Program-made: the position numbers and the translations under genes | NCBI RefSeq assembly: GCF_009914755.1 | Contig: NC_060929.1 | Length of the DNA: 64,000 nt | Reading direction: 5' to 3' (one strand) | Source: the human T2T-CHM13v2.0 reference genome, Homo sapiens | In this document: positions 51,570 through 64,000 of the stretch, piece by piece | How positions within the stretch are numbered: the stretch's first letter is position 1 | How the letters are laid out: each line of letters starts with the position of its first letter | Notes under the pieces: model-generated | Told to the model about the DNA's origin: nothing | Database searches by the model: none | Seen by the model: only the letters and a program-made list of their open reading frames with translations

Positions 51570-53570
51570 TTTACTCATCTCTCAGTAATCGGTAGAACAA
51601 GCAAACAGAAACTCAAAAACAAAATTTAAACAGGGAAAACAGAGCAATACCATCAACCTACTTAACCTAGTTTACAATTAAAGAAAATTTTATATCTATT
51701 ACACATGGAACAGTTATCAAGATAGATTATATACTGGGCCATTAAATTAGTCTCAACAAACTTGAAATAACTGAAAACACATTGGTGTAATCTTAGGCAG
51801 GAGTGGAGATTTAATGGAAATGAATCACAAAAAGATCCTTAAATATTACTTCAAATTTAGAAATAAAACAATGCGCTACTAAATAACATGAGACAAAGAA
51901 GAAATCCCAAAAGAACTTATAAAATATTTGAGCTTAATGAAAATGAGAGCAAAATGTCTCTAAACATGTGGGATGCAGCTAAAACAATGGTTATGGGAAA
52001 ATGTATAGCATTAAATACTTTTGTTAGGAAAGAGGATGGGTCCATCCTAAATTTAAAAAGAAGAAATTAAACCTGAAATATAAAGAATAAAGGAAATAAT
52101 ATAGATAAGAGCAGAAATCAATGAAATTTTTTTAACCTGGAAAAACACTAGAGAAAAATTAATATTCTGTAATGAACAATAAAACTGATGAATTTCCAGC
52201 TAGACTGAACAAAGAAAAATAGAGAAAATACAAACTATTAATGAAAGGGAGACATCACTATAGTTTCTTTGAAATTAAAACAATAATAAGTAAATATTTG
52301 AACTCCTTTATGTTGAGAAAGTTTACAACTTTGGATAAAAGGGACAAATTCTTTGAAAAATACATATTAAAAATTAATTTTAAAAATGTAGAACATGGTG
52401 GAGCTGTCTCTAATTGAATGTGTTCATTTATTTATTTATTTATTTTGAGATGGAGTCTCATTCTGTTGCCAGGCTGGAATGCAGTGGTTGATCTGAGCTC
52501 ACTGCAACCTCCACCTTCCAGGTTCAAGTGATTCTCCTGCCTCTGCCTCCTGAGTAGCTGGGATTACAGACGCCCACCACCACGCCTGAACAATTTTTGT
52601 ATTTTTAGTAGGGACAGGGTTTCGCTACGTTGGCCAGGCTGGTGTCAAACTCCTGACCTCAAGTGATCTGCTCGCCTCACCCTCCCAAACTGCTGGGATT
52701 ACAGACGTAAGCCACCGCGCCTGGCCTATAATTGAATTTCTAATTAAAATTTCTCCCACACAGAACATTCCAGACCCAAATGACTTCATTGGTAAACTTT
52801 GTCAAACATCTAAGGAAGAAGTACTAGAAATTCTTTAAGAAATTTGAAAGGAGGGAACACTCCCTATTATTACTTATGAGGCCAGAATTATTCTGATACC
52901 CAAAAAGATGGATTAATTATAAGAAAAATCTACATTATAATTCTACATGAACATAGACACTAAAATCCTTAACAAATATTAACAAATCAAGTCCAGCAGT
53001 AGATAAAAAGAATAATACATTATGACAAAAAAAGAGTTTATCCTAACACTGCAAGGGTGGTTTAATACTAAAAACATCTGACAGTGTCATTCACCACCAT
53101 AAATGAAATAAAAAAGAAAAATTATAACAGTGTGAATTACATGCAGAAAGATAACTTGACAAAATTCGGCAGTCATTTATGATCAAAACTGTCAACAAAC
53201 TAGGAATAGACATAACTATCTCTATCTGTTAATGGACATTTACAAAAAACCCATGGTTAACATCATTCTTAATTTTGAAAAGCCACTTACTTCCCCCTAT
53301 TATGAGAAATAAGACAAGGATGTCCATTCTAACCACTTCTATTCAACATTGCAATGAAGATTCTAGCCACAACAATAAGCAAAATAAATAAATAAATAAA
53401 TAAATACAGTAAAATAAATTAAAAATCAGAAGCAGGAGGATAAGAAAAGAAGTAAAATTGTGCTTATTTGCAGACAACATGATCATGTACATAGAAAATA
53501 TTAAGTAATCTAAAATAGCAACTAGAGCTAACAAGTTTAGCAAGGTCACAGGATGCAATGCCGGTTCATC
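51570..53570 (+). mobile_element. Old L1M ORF2 (EN-RT) remnant, interrupted by an Alu; antisense L1M 3' fragments at ~50430-51560
   Basis: NMWDAAKTMVMGKCIALN (cf. NLWDAAKAVLRGKFIALN); aagacaaggatgtccattc (RQGCP); ttatttgcagacaacatgatc. Confidence 0.85.
52426..52726 (-). mobile_element. AluS
   Basis: Antisense Alu with (ttta)n tail; taattgaat on both flanks. Confidence 0.92.
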
Positions 53571-56349
53571 AGAAATAACCACTGAGTGTGCATGCACATG
53601 CATTTATCACAGTCCTTCTCTCCTTTATTTCTGGCATCCTCTTACCCCCTTCCTGTCAGGTTCACATACTATTTCAGCTTTCTACATGTGAAATTTGAAT
53701 GAGAAATGTTTTCCAAGAATAATTTTTAACAATTAGGGTAAAGTTAGAGGTAACCAAAACAGAATAATTTCTTCCTTAGAAGACCATATAACCTAGTCTT
53801 TTTATTTATTTATTTTTTTACATTTTTAAGGCATGGAAGAGTTTATTTTCTTCTTTTCAAAGGAATACTTGGGCACTGCCAAGATATGGATAAAAATTTC
53901 AGTCAGGGCTTAAAATGCAGGATGGTAGTTTTTCAATATATGATGCTATATTTTGTGTAAACAACAATGCATTTCGACAATAAATTTAAAACTCTTACCA
54001 TTTTAAACTTCTAAAATTAATAATATTGCCCAAAAATACACTCTGTAGCACCTCAATAAAAATACTTTTATTCACTCAATGGCTTTTGAGGTCTATTTTT
54101 AAATTTAACAAGTGTGTTTTATAATAAACATATTTTTATAATAATATTAGGGAAATCCTGGCTTACCACTTTGTATAATATATAATCCACTTGTAAATAT
54201 CAGAGTTCTATTTGTGGATCATGATAGTACATATATATGTGTGCTAATTAATTAATGCAACTGGATTTAGAGGTTTTGTGTTTCTCTACTTTTTATGTAT
54301 GTAAGATAATGAACACGTTGATCTGTTTCCTTGGCACTCAGGGACTGAACTCTAAATAGCGTAATATTTTCTAGATGTGCTTTTTTCTATACATAATTAG
54401 TTTCAGTTTGTCTGTAGGAGAGGTCTGTGGCATTACTAATTAAGAATCTAATTCAGCAAAACATATGTCTTCAATTCTAAATTAATTTACTCTGGTACAT
54501 ATTGAATTAATGAGAATTGCCATATATACATATTTCTTTGGGTAGCTGTTGAATTAAACTGAAGTGATTCATATCCATGTATGGATTTGAAGTCTACATG
54601 TGGGATAAGTTGAATAAATAATAAATCACAGATAAATTGCAAGATCAAAAGAAAGTAACGTTGTAACTCTGTATTGTGTGTGTGGTACGATTTTATCTCT
54701 CTGGTTTTACTTCTTTTGTGTAAGAGACCCTATAAATACTCACAGCAAAGAAAATACACCGAGATTTTATGTTGAATTGAAAATATTAATTATTCAGAGA
54801 TAAAGTACTTGTGCAGGGCTTTGTGAGATAGAACAAGAATAGTGTAAATTTGTACTTGTAAATAATGTACTTTCTATAGAGATTTATAGTTGTACAAATT
54901 GTTCACATATGTCATTTCATTTCACGAACAAAAAGCTGTTATTTGTAAGATAGGAAAGAGTCACTTTAATTTCAGTCTTATTGTTACCTTTTTCTTGACT
55001 AAACTTTACACAGACCACTCACACCCATTTATATTTGCCGACACATCAGCCCAGGTCCTCAGGCTGAAAAACAAAGTAATTTGGTTTTTTCAAATTGTTG
55101 AGTGGTGTTTAAGAAAATTAATCTAAGTATAGAATATATTTTTAAATGCCACAAAGCTTCAGTGATCTGTAAAGATCAGGTTTTTAATGTTACAATTGAG
55201 CTTATTTAGCTGTATTTTATAGTCTCAGTTTACTACCCAAGCCAATAGAAAATAATTCTGAAGTCATTGTCATCAAAGGCCCACATTTCTTGAGTGCCCA
55301 TTATGAAAAGTAAAATGTGATTTATACATTTGATTATAACAATTTGTGGCACTTTTTATCTTAAAGATTATTACCTGAAAAATGACATGGTGGAAGTGAA
55401 AGGAAAATAATGACTACTGAAGAAAAGGGTTACTTGGAATTTCTACTTTCTACACTGTTTTTTGTATTTATCTGTCACTTGATAGGAACATGCTAGTCCA
55501 TAAGGTCCTTATGGTCCCTAAGGTGATCTCATCTTAGCATACGTTGGGATGCTGATGTTGTTCAAAAATATATTGGCCCAATTGGCTTCAGTTTTCAAAC
55601 AGAACTGCAGACACTTAACCTTTCCTTTCTTAATAATTTGAAATCTTCCATCTTATCTTTTATGAGAATAAGAACAGTTGGCTCTTAGTTTTCTAGGTGC
55701 GTGAACAATTTAGCTATAATTTCCTGAGATTGCTTGTTTTTATATTTTCTAGGAACTAGGAATCATATCATCAGTTGTGTAAATGTTTTAGAAGTGTCCA
55801 TCTTTTGTAATTAGGGCTTTGGCACTGTTCTTTGGGATAATAGTAGATAGTATGTGTTTTGTACATAATAGTTGATGAGAACTTTTTATAGATTAAACTA
55901 TTTATTTTTCAGATAGCAGTGATCAACAAGTCTTAGTAGTCCCATGTTAACAATAAGAAAAATAAAGACCAATGTGGTTATATTATTGCTTTAAAGACAT
56001 ACAGGTCCCATGTGACAGAATAAATACTGAGTTTGGTCTTCCAGTGCCACATCTTCTTCCTTTCCCTTTATGCATAAGGTTTCCTCTGGTTAAGTTGAAT
56101 TGTATGAAATTCTTGATATATGAATATTTGACCTACAGTAAAACAAAATTTGTATGCTACAACCTACAAACAAAACAAAACAAAAAACTGCCAATTAGGA
56201 AAAGTACATTTTACATATAGCTAAAACTGAACAATTTTTTAAAATGTTCATTACTATTAGTAAGTTTGAGGGGGAAAAAGACTTAGACATTAATGTGTGA
56301 AAATGAAAGGCCAGAGCAAAAAAGTTTACTTTTGGAGTACTCTGGGCTC

Positions 56350-56530
56350 TCTTAAATTAAGAGTGTGGGCTCAGCAGCCAGAGTGTGCAGTTTCAAATCC
56401 AAGCTCCTCAAGTAACTTGCTATGTAACCTTAAGCAATTTGCTTAACCTCCCAGTGCTTCAGTTTATTCCTATTAAGAATCAGTAAGATACTTAGAACAG
56501 TATCTGGCATCATTGCAAATCCTGTAAACA
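56350..56530 (+). mobile_element. MIR
   Basis: ttcaaatccaagctcc...tgtaaccttaagcaatttgcttaacctcccagtgcttcagttt. Confidence 0.75.
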
Positions 56531-57599
56531 TATTTGTTAATTAAAATGAAAATGAGAAGTAGAGATAGAAAATGTTTCCTTCCATGCATTAAATAATTTT
56601 CTGAACTTTCAAAATGCTACCTATTAGGTACTTTGGAATTAATTAAATTAATGCAGAATAGTAAATTTAATTAACCCAAGTAATATTGTACTCATGGGCA
56701 ATTTGTACATTAATTTTTCAGGCAGATCTGAAAGAAAATGTATGAAATGAATTACTCCCGGCATTCCAGGAAATGTCTGTTGGTTGGCTGAGCAGTTGAA
56801 TGAAGTTTTGTCACTACAGTTCTCCTCCCAAAATTCTTTTCAAATTTTAAGTGCTGAAAAGCCATCCAGGAACTGATTTCTAACAGGACTCTAATGCTTC
56901 CCCATTCTCTTACAGATAAGTGATATAGTAACTTCCCATGGCCAAGTGATCAACTGTAAAATGCACACCCATGAGATGATGGGTTGATTGGCTTGTTTTC
57001 CTATAACCTCCAATTTCCTATGTGGCTTTTCAAAACATCAGAAGAATGTGTAGGAAACAGAAGTGAGAAAAGAATATGCATTGGTAGCCTGCTAGGGGCT
57101 GTGCTAAGTACATTATAAGATAAGAATTAATTTGTAATATTGTGATAAAAGGCAACTAAAGCTCTCTAATTCCTATTTGTTTCTAGGAACCAAATAAAAT
57201 CAAAGGTATATAGAATTATTTTCAGTTGATACATCTACTATCCTGCTTGTGAAATATAGAATAAATACTGGCCAAAGGAAAGTAAAGTCTAGGTAAATAA
57301 TGAGACAAGAGACCCTAAGTCTTCAAATAAGCCCATTTTCTGGTGCAGATGTGTCAGTTTATCCCAGATTACTAAGAGAATTTGCAGAGTAAACACTGAA
57401 CTGCTCTCAGTTATCTTTGTAAAACAGGTATTTTATAACGACTTCATTAAAATGCCACAGTCAGAGGTCGCTTAGGTTGTTTTTCGATTTTTTTTTTGGT
57501 AAATTATGAGATACAGTTTGCACTGCCAATTTTGTACTCCCTCGTTCTCTTTCGCATTTGTGCAAATATTTTCAGTGAAACTGCCAAGCTGATGAATAA

Positions 57600-57937
<338 letters not shown>

Positions 57938-58615
57938 ACTCCTGAGTGTTTTTATCACTTTATGCCACTGATAATGTTTCGGAGTACCTGTTTTTCTAAT
58001 TACCTCTAATTAATTGTCTAATTTTACATTTTATTTCCAAGTAGATGACTGTGAAAAGCATTCTGTTATTGTTTCCATTTTAATTTCCTTGCTTATTGGT
58101 CAGGTTGACCATCTTTTCATGTCATCAGCCATTAGGGTTTCTTCTATTGTGAATTTCCTATCATTTAATTTGGAATCCTTCTACTCGATTAACTTTGTAT
58201 ATCAGAATTATTTTACAAATATATTTCTTTGTTATATATTGTACATATTTTCTTCCTGTCTGCCAAATTTATGACTGTTTTGTCATGAAACAGTTTTACA
58301 TTTTAATGTGGTCAAATTTGATAACACTATCCAATATGATTGTCACATTTTGGCATTCCTTAAGAAGGTTTTTCTTCTCCAAAGTCATAATCAAATCTCA
58401 CTCTACTATTCTCTTTTAATACTTTTGTATTGCTGAGGTTCAATAAAAAGCAAATTACAGAGTGATACATAGATTATGTTACTTAATTATTATTTAAAAA
58501 AACTCACAATATTTGCATTTTCTTGTGGGTACCTATATGTGTATGCATAAAGATATAAACATGCCTGGAAGAAATCACATCAAATTGATAATAATGATTA
58601 CTTTTGGAGATAAGT

Positions 58616-59024
58616 TGTATTCGTCTGTTCTTCCATTGCTGTAAAGAAATACCTGAGACCAGGTAATTTATAAAGAGGTTTAATTGGCTTATGGTTCTGC
58701 AGGCTGTATAGGAAACTTAGCAATATCTGCTTCTGTGGAGGTCTCAGGAAACTTACAATCATGGCAGAAGGTGAAGGGCAGCATGCATCTCACATGGCGA
58801 AAGCAGGAGCAAGAAGAGATATGGGGGAGGTGCCACACACTTTTAAATGTGCGGCAGATCTCCTGAGAACTCATTCATTATTGTGAGAACAGTATCAAGG
58901 GGAGGGTACTAAACCATGCACGAGAAATCTGACCCCATGATCCAGTTGCCTCTCACCACCTCCAACACTGGGGATAACAATTCAAGGTGAGATTTGGGTG
59001 GAGACACAGATCCAAACTGTATCA
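58616..59024 (-). mobile_element. MST-family MaLR solo LTR
   Basis: tgtattcgtctgttc...gagatttgggtggagacacagatccaaactgtatca; perfect 5-bp TSD taagt at 58611 and 59025. Confidence 0.9.
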
Positions 59025-59142
59025 TAAGTGGAGGGGTCTAAGATTGAGACTGGTGGTCAAAGAGATTATTAAACTTACTGATAAATTTGAAAAACCATTT
59101 TGACAGAGAGTACTGATGTATTGCTTGTATAATTAAAGGTCA

Positions 59143-59176
<34 letters not shown>

Positions 59177-59210
59177 ATATGTATGTATGTGTGCGTGTAT
59201 GTGTGTATGT
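59143..59210 (+). repeat. (GT)n/(GTAT)n compound microsatellite
   Basis: Direct reading. Confidence 0.9.
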
Positions 59211-60929
59211 AATGAAAATAGTGTAACCACACCACATAATAAATTTGAAAAAAAAGAGGGACTTGCTTATGTTTTCATTACCTATAATCACTATTTGAAT
59301 TTTGCTATACTGCTTTAAATACCAGTCTGTTTTCCTGTGACTGTATTATTTTAAAATAAATTCAAATCATAGTGTATATAACTTTTCCCATTTTTAAAGA
59401 AACTTATCACACACATTTCGCAGTATTGCCACATAAACTTCAGTAAAGCCAGATTTAGACTATATAATGTGTTTTTCCCGAACATGCCATAATAGAGTTT
59501 ACCATTTTCTTAATTGTGGATGTTGAGATAGTTTCTGTTTAAAATTATGAAAAGTGAATATTACACTATATAGTTGCTGCTTTATGTGCTTCTTTAAGAA
59601 GAACTTCCCTACTCCAAACTCATAATCAGATCTTCTCTATATATTTTTCTGTAATACTTTTATACTGTTGAATTTCATAAAACAAACAAAGGAGGTCTAA
59701 TTTTGAATTTAACCCAAGAATAAATTACAAGAAGTGTAATTTGTGAACCCAGAGTGGTAAGTAACATGGTTCTTCAAGGATTTCCCAGAGGGCACTGATT
59801 TAATGAGTCATCAGTGAAGTTTGAAGGTCCCAGGTTCACTTCATTTTTATCAACTATATGTTATAATTTTATGTGCTATTTTTAATTGCTATTTGAAACA
59901 TTGAAATTGTGCCTGATTGTTAGAATTTACATTCTTTTAATTGCTGGCCAAGAATGATCATGATTCCACGCCCGTTTCTCTACTTGTTTTTATTTTTTTG
60001 TGAATTATATATATCATTTACTCATTTGGCTACTACAGGTGTGCTATAATCATATGTATACCAAATGTTTTCTCAATTCATTTTGCATTTCATCTGTTAA
60101 TTCCCCTTTCAGTATTTTGAATAACTTTCAACTAAGATGCTTTGTAATTTTTTAAAAAAGTAACTGTTTAATCACATAGGATGAGAGTATTTGGTAGATT
60201 TCTAGCTATTTAATGAAGATTTAATCTCAACTATGAAAGAGATTGCTAGGAAGCATCATGATTCTGTCTTTGACTCTACCTGTTCAATAATTTCAGTCAG
60301 TCTCTTAGATAAGAACATTAATGTTTCTAATTCTGTTAACAAATGCTAAAAATAATTTATGAATAGTTATTAATTCCTTCAATGAAGAAATCAGTATCAA
60401 AAATATTTTTAACGTCTTGGCTGCATATAGCAGTTAAAACTTGCAAGGATACTAGAGAAGTTCTACCATTAGTTTAAATAAAGCTTTGGATGGATGAACT
60501 CATTCTTTATGACAACCAAGATGGAAGACAGAGATGACTATTACTCACATATTGTCTATTTCATAAGAATCACACCCTAGTTACATTTCTGTTTGTTCTT
60601 GGTGGATTGCTCTCAAATATTTTATTTTTTATATTTCATTTTCCTTTCAAATTACAAAACTTCTATCCATTAATATTAAAATTATAAAGTCCGTATGTAT
60701 GCATGATGAATTTTGAAGTTGGATATTTTCCCCATCTTCCATAAAAATTATATTGCTTTTAGTATTAATGAAATAAATAATGGAATGGTAGTTATATTTA
60801 CTTTTTTCATTTGAATTATAAACAGAGAAATATCTATATTTCAAAATACTTAATTATGAAGGATAGAGGCTATGGAGCTGCTGGGGAAAAGTATTCCTGT
60901 GGGGCTACTGATTTTCAGTGCTTAGCTTA

Positions 60930-61490
60930 TCATCAGTAACACTGGAAGTAGCTGATCATGCCTTGGTTCTTGATACATGTTTTTGTCATTGGCCATCCTG
61001 GACACCACATGTCTGACTCCTCCCTTTTAGATTGTTTTATTGATTATTAGTTTTCTCTGTGTATCCTTTACACTGGCATGTACTAGTGCTCAGTCTTAGG
61101 CCTTCTTTTCTTCTCTGTCTACAGTCACTTGGTAATCTAATCCAGTCTCATGGCCTGAATGCCAACTATCTGCCAATGACTTCAAAACATATAACTCTAG
61201 TTCAGACCTCTTTGTTTAACTCTGTGATTGTATTTCCAGCTACCTAGATGAAATTTAAATATGAAATCTAATAGACACACCAAGTTTAACATGTTCTTAA
61301 CTGAATTGGTCTCTTCTTCCCCTGCAATCTCCAATTCTGCTTTCCCCGCATTATTCTCTATATTATCGATGGCCATATTGACATGGGCCAAAATTATATT
61401 GTGATCCTCATATTGTGAATTCTTCTTTCTTTCAAATTACACATCCAAACATCGGTTCATTCTTTTTGTTCTACCTTCAGAGTTTATCTT
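60930..61490 (+). mobile_element. L2 remnant
   Basis: ctcagtcttaggccttcttttcttctc...tctaatccagtctcatggc...cacatccaaacatc; another L2-like piece starts near 63900. Confidence 0.7.
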
Positions 61491-64000
61491 GATACTGACC
61501 AGAGGGAACTCTTAAATAAGTCCAGTCATTTTCATTGCAACATTTGGCAAAGCATATGTAGTGAGAGTAAAAAACCATGGGTGCAAAAAATACCACCATC
61601 TTCTGTGTAGTAATTACTTTTGAGCCATAAGAAAGATAATTGGCTTTGGGAAGTTGTATAGGGTCCACTTCAACTGAATCAATAAATTGTTTTTTATTTT
61701 TTTTAAAGATCTGTAGCAAATAATTATTAATATTTGTTAAATACTGAGGGTGGATATGTGAGCACTCTATTATTGTACATTTCTGAAGGTTTGAGGAATT
61801 CCCTAATAAAGGATGATTAAAGACAATAAATTAAAACACTTTCCATTTTGTTATCCTGTGCCAGTCTGCACCAGGCTCCTAAAGGCATGCTTATAGTCTC
61901 TTATTTCAACGCATTCTTCATTCCAGAGACATTTTTCATTCAACATTCATTGCCCTAATTTAGAATCAAAGGAAATTGAATCTAAGAAAAGCATTCATAC
62001 GCTACAGAACATCCAAGAAAAATACGAATGAAGAAGGACAATAAGCCCATCTCATATCACAAATGGTTATACTAACGGGACCATGAGAATATTTGTCATA
62101 TATTTGAAGCAGAAAAAGGTGCTTAAGATACAGAATCAGAACTCAGGGTATATAGTTATGGTGAGGAAGCATTCTGGACCTTTTATAAAAACTTTAATGG
62201 ATAGTCACCACTGTCTAGTAGAGAGTTGAATTGCCTCAGAGTAGTGATTACTCTACTGGTGACTGAAAGGAGTAAACAGAATTTTAAATATTTATCAGTA
62301 ACATTGATGAATGGTTCCTTCTTTGGGTTGAATTTGGAACCAACTTACCCCTAATTTCTTTTGATGTTCTTCTGTTTATAATTGTCTTTCTTAAAACGTG
62401 ATGCATGGTCATGCATGGACATAATAGTCTTGACGTGGCCTGGTATACACAGAGTGTTTTGGGATTGATTCAGGGTTTATACCATATTATATCAGCTCTT
62501 TAGGTGTATGATCTCCTATAGCAGCCTCTGATAAATCAGCAAGAGATTACAATAGATTTTTAGCCTCTGTTCTCACTGGTGGGATATGTATAAAAGGGAG
62601 AGTATGGAAAGGCTGGGAAGAAAAAAAGGTCAAATGTGTTCTTTAAGTTCTCCTTTCATAGCTACATTTGTATTTGGGAATGTCATGATTGGGAAACAGG
62701 CCATGAAAGAAAGAATTTTGTTGGTACAAAGTACATTGTTCCTTTTAAGGGGGGGCACATAATTATAATTTCTTGGGTTTTATTTATGTCATTTAGAATG
62801 GGAATTGGGGAGAATTATCCAAGGGTTCTAAGTGGGGGAAAAACACAACACCATCACCACATTTTGCTGATGGTGCAAGTGGTAACGAGGACATGAAATC
62901 CATAATAAGTAAATTTCTTAATTACTGTAAAGATATTTAAGATTGTCAGCCTGTATTAAAATGACTGTTTTGCACATTGCTATATTTCCTGCATCTGGAA
63001 CATTAACACAGAGTATACACTCAGTAAATATTGTTGAATACATTATTGTATTCATTTGACCTTTAATTGAATCATGAAAATAAGTTGCAGCAGATTTTCC
63101 ATTTCTCTGACTACCAGTGCTATGGTCCTTGAGTAGTTTGCTCCACTAATCTTGTTTCCATGGTAAAATGAATTTGCATCTACTCTCTAGGGGTATGTAG
63201 GAGGTTGGCAACATCTCTGTCAATTGTGAGGTCACCAGTAAGACCTGGCAGTGATGAGTGCTTCCCCAAATCACAGCTGTGCAGCTTTCTCAGTGGTCTC
63301 ATTCTCTTCTACTTAAAGCACATAACTAGGCTGGAATTGCATGAGATAAGTGCTGCAAAGGCTCATCACCATGGTGAATGGCTCCAAAAAATCACTGAGT
63401 GACTAACCCTTTAACAACTAGGTGTACAATTGAATACACACCAACTCATTAAGTGCTAGGGTGGGTGGCGATTTGGAAGCCACCTTTCTGGTTAAGAAAT
63501 AATATAGGTCAAAGTTAGTTAATAGATTTAAATTCTTCTCTTAACTCAACAATATGGAACATGTAAAATTTTCTCTTTTGCAACAAAAAGAAGCCACGTT
63601 GTTATGACTTTGGAGAATCCTGATGGATGAAGACATGGAAATGTTTCTTTGCTCAGCTCTTGCTATTGAATTTAACAACAGCATGAACACATGTGTTTGA
63701 TCATCTTGCATAGCACTACTAAAATTTTAAGCCTGAGCAATGTGGGTTAGACACGGGCAGGAGCTTCCTCCGAGTGAACTAAAGGAGAGCTTACTCTTTT
63801 CTTTTCTTCAAAGCCAAACTGAGAAGGCATTAATTCTGATTTTGTTTTTTGAAAAAAAAATCAACCTTATACAAGCTTTCACTTTTTCTTTAACCTCACT
63901 AGCCCTTCCTCCACAATCTCCTTTGCTTTTTCTTTCTCTTCTTCCCAGTGTTAGGGTCCTCAGGGATTGATCTTAGGCCCTGTTCTGTTCTTTCTCTATC

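Noticed and set aside
55497-55515. Small palindrome ccataagg-t-ccttatgg and similar 8-bp hairpins (e.g. near 59722)
   Set aside because: Short enough to occur by chance in 64 kb.

Overview
Human/primate genomic DNA, AT-rich and repeat-dense, with one CpG island (~26250-28420). The island holds the promoter and first two coding exons of ADAMTS19 on the + strand: exon 1 CDS 27028-27118 and exon 2 27738-28393, together 249 codons of signal peptide plus prodomain. From 28394 to the window end is intron 2; I found no exon 3. The rest is mostly interspersed repeats: Alus, L1/L2/MIR fragments, MaLR and ERVL LTRs with degenerate ERVL gag and pol, Hsmar2, MADE1, Tigger3 and MER20. Repeat subfamily names come from recalled consensus sequences and their boundaries are approximate. 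Nearly all ORF-track entries outside the two exons are noise. I see no evidence of a new multi-gene system. The most unexplained structures are a near-perfect 68-bp inverted repeat in intron 2 (42725-43108), an exact 31-bp duplication 2.1 kb apart (12912/15035), a TSD-flanked 34-nt U2 snRNA retrocopy, and an AATAAA just after the intron-1 read-through stop.
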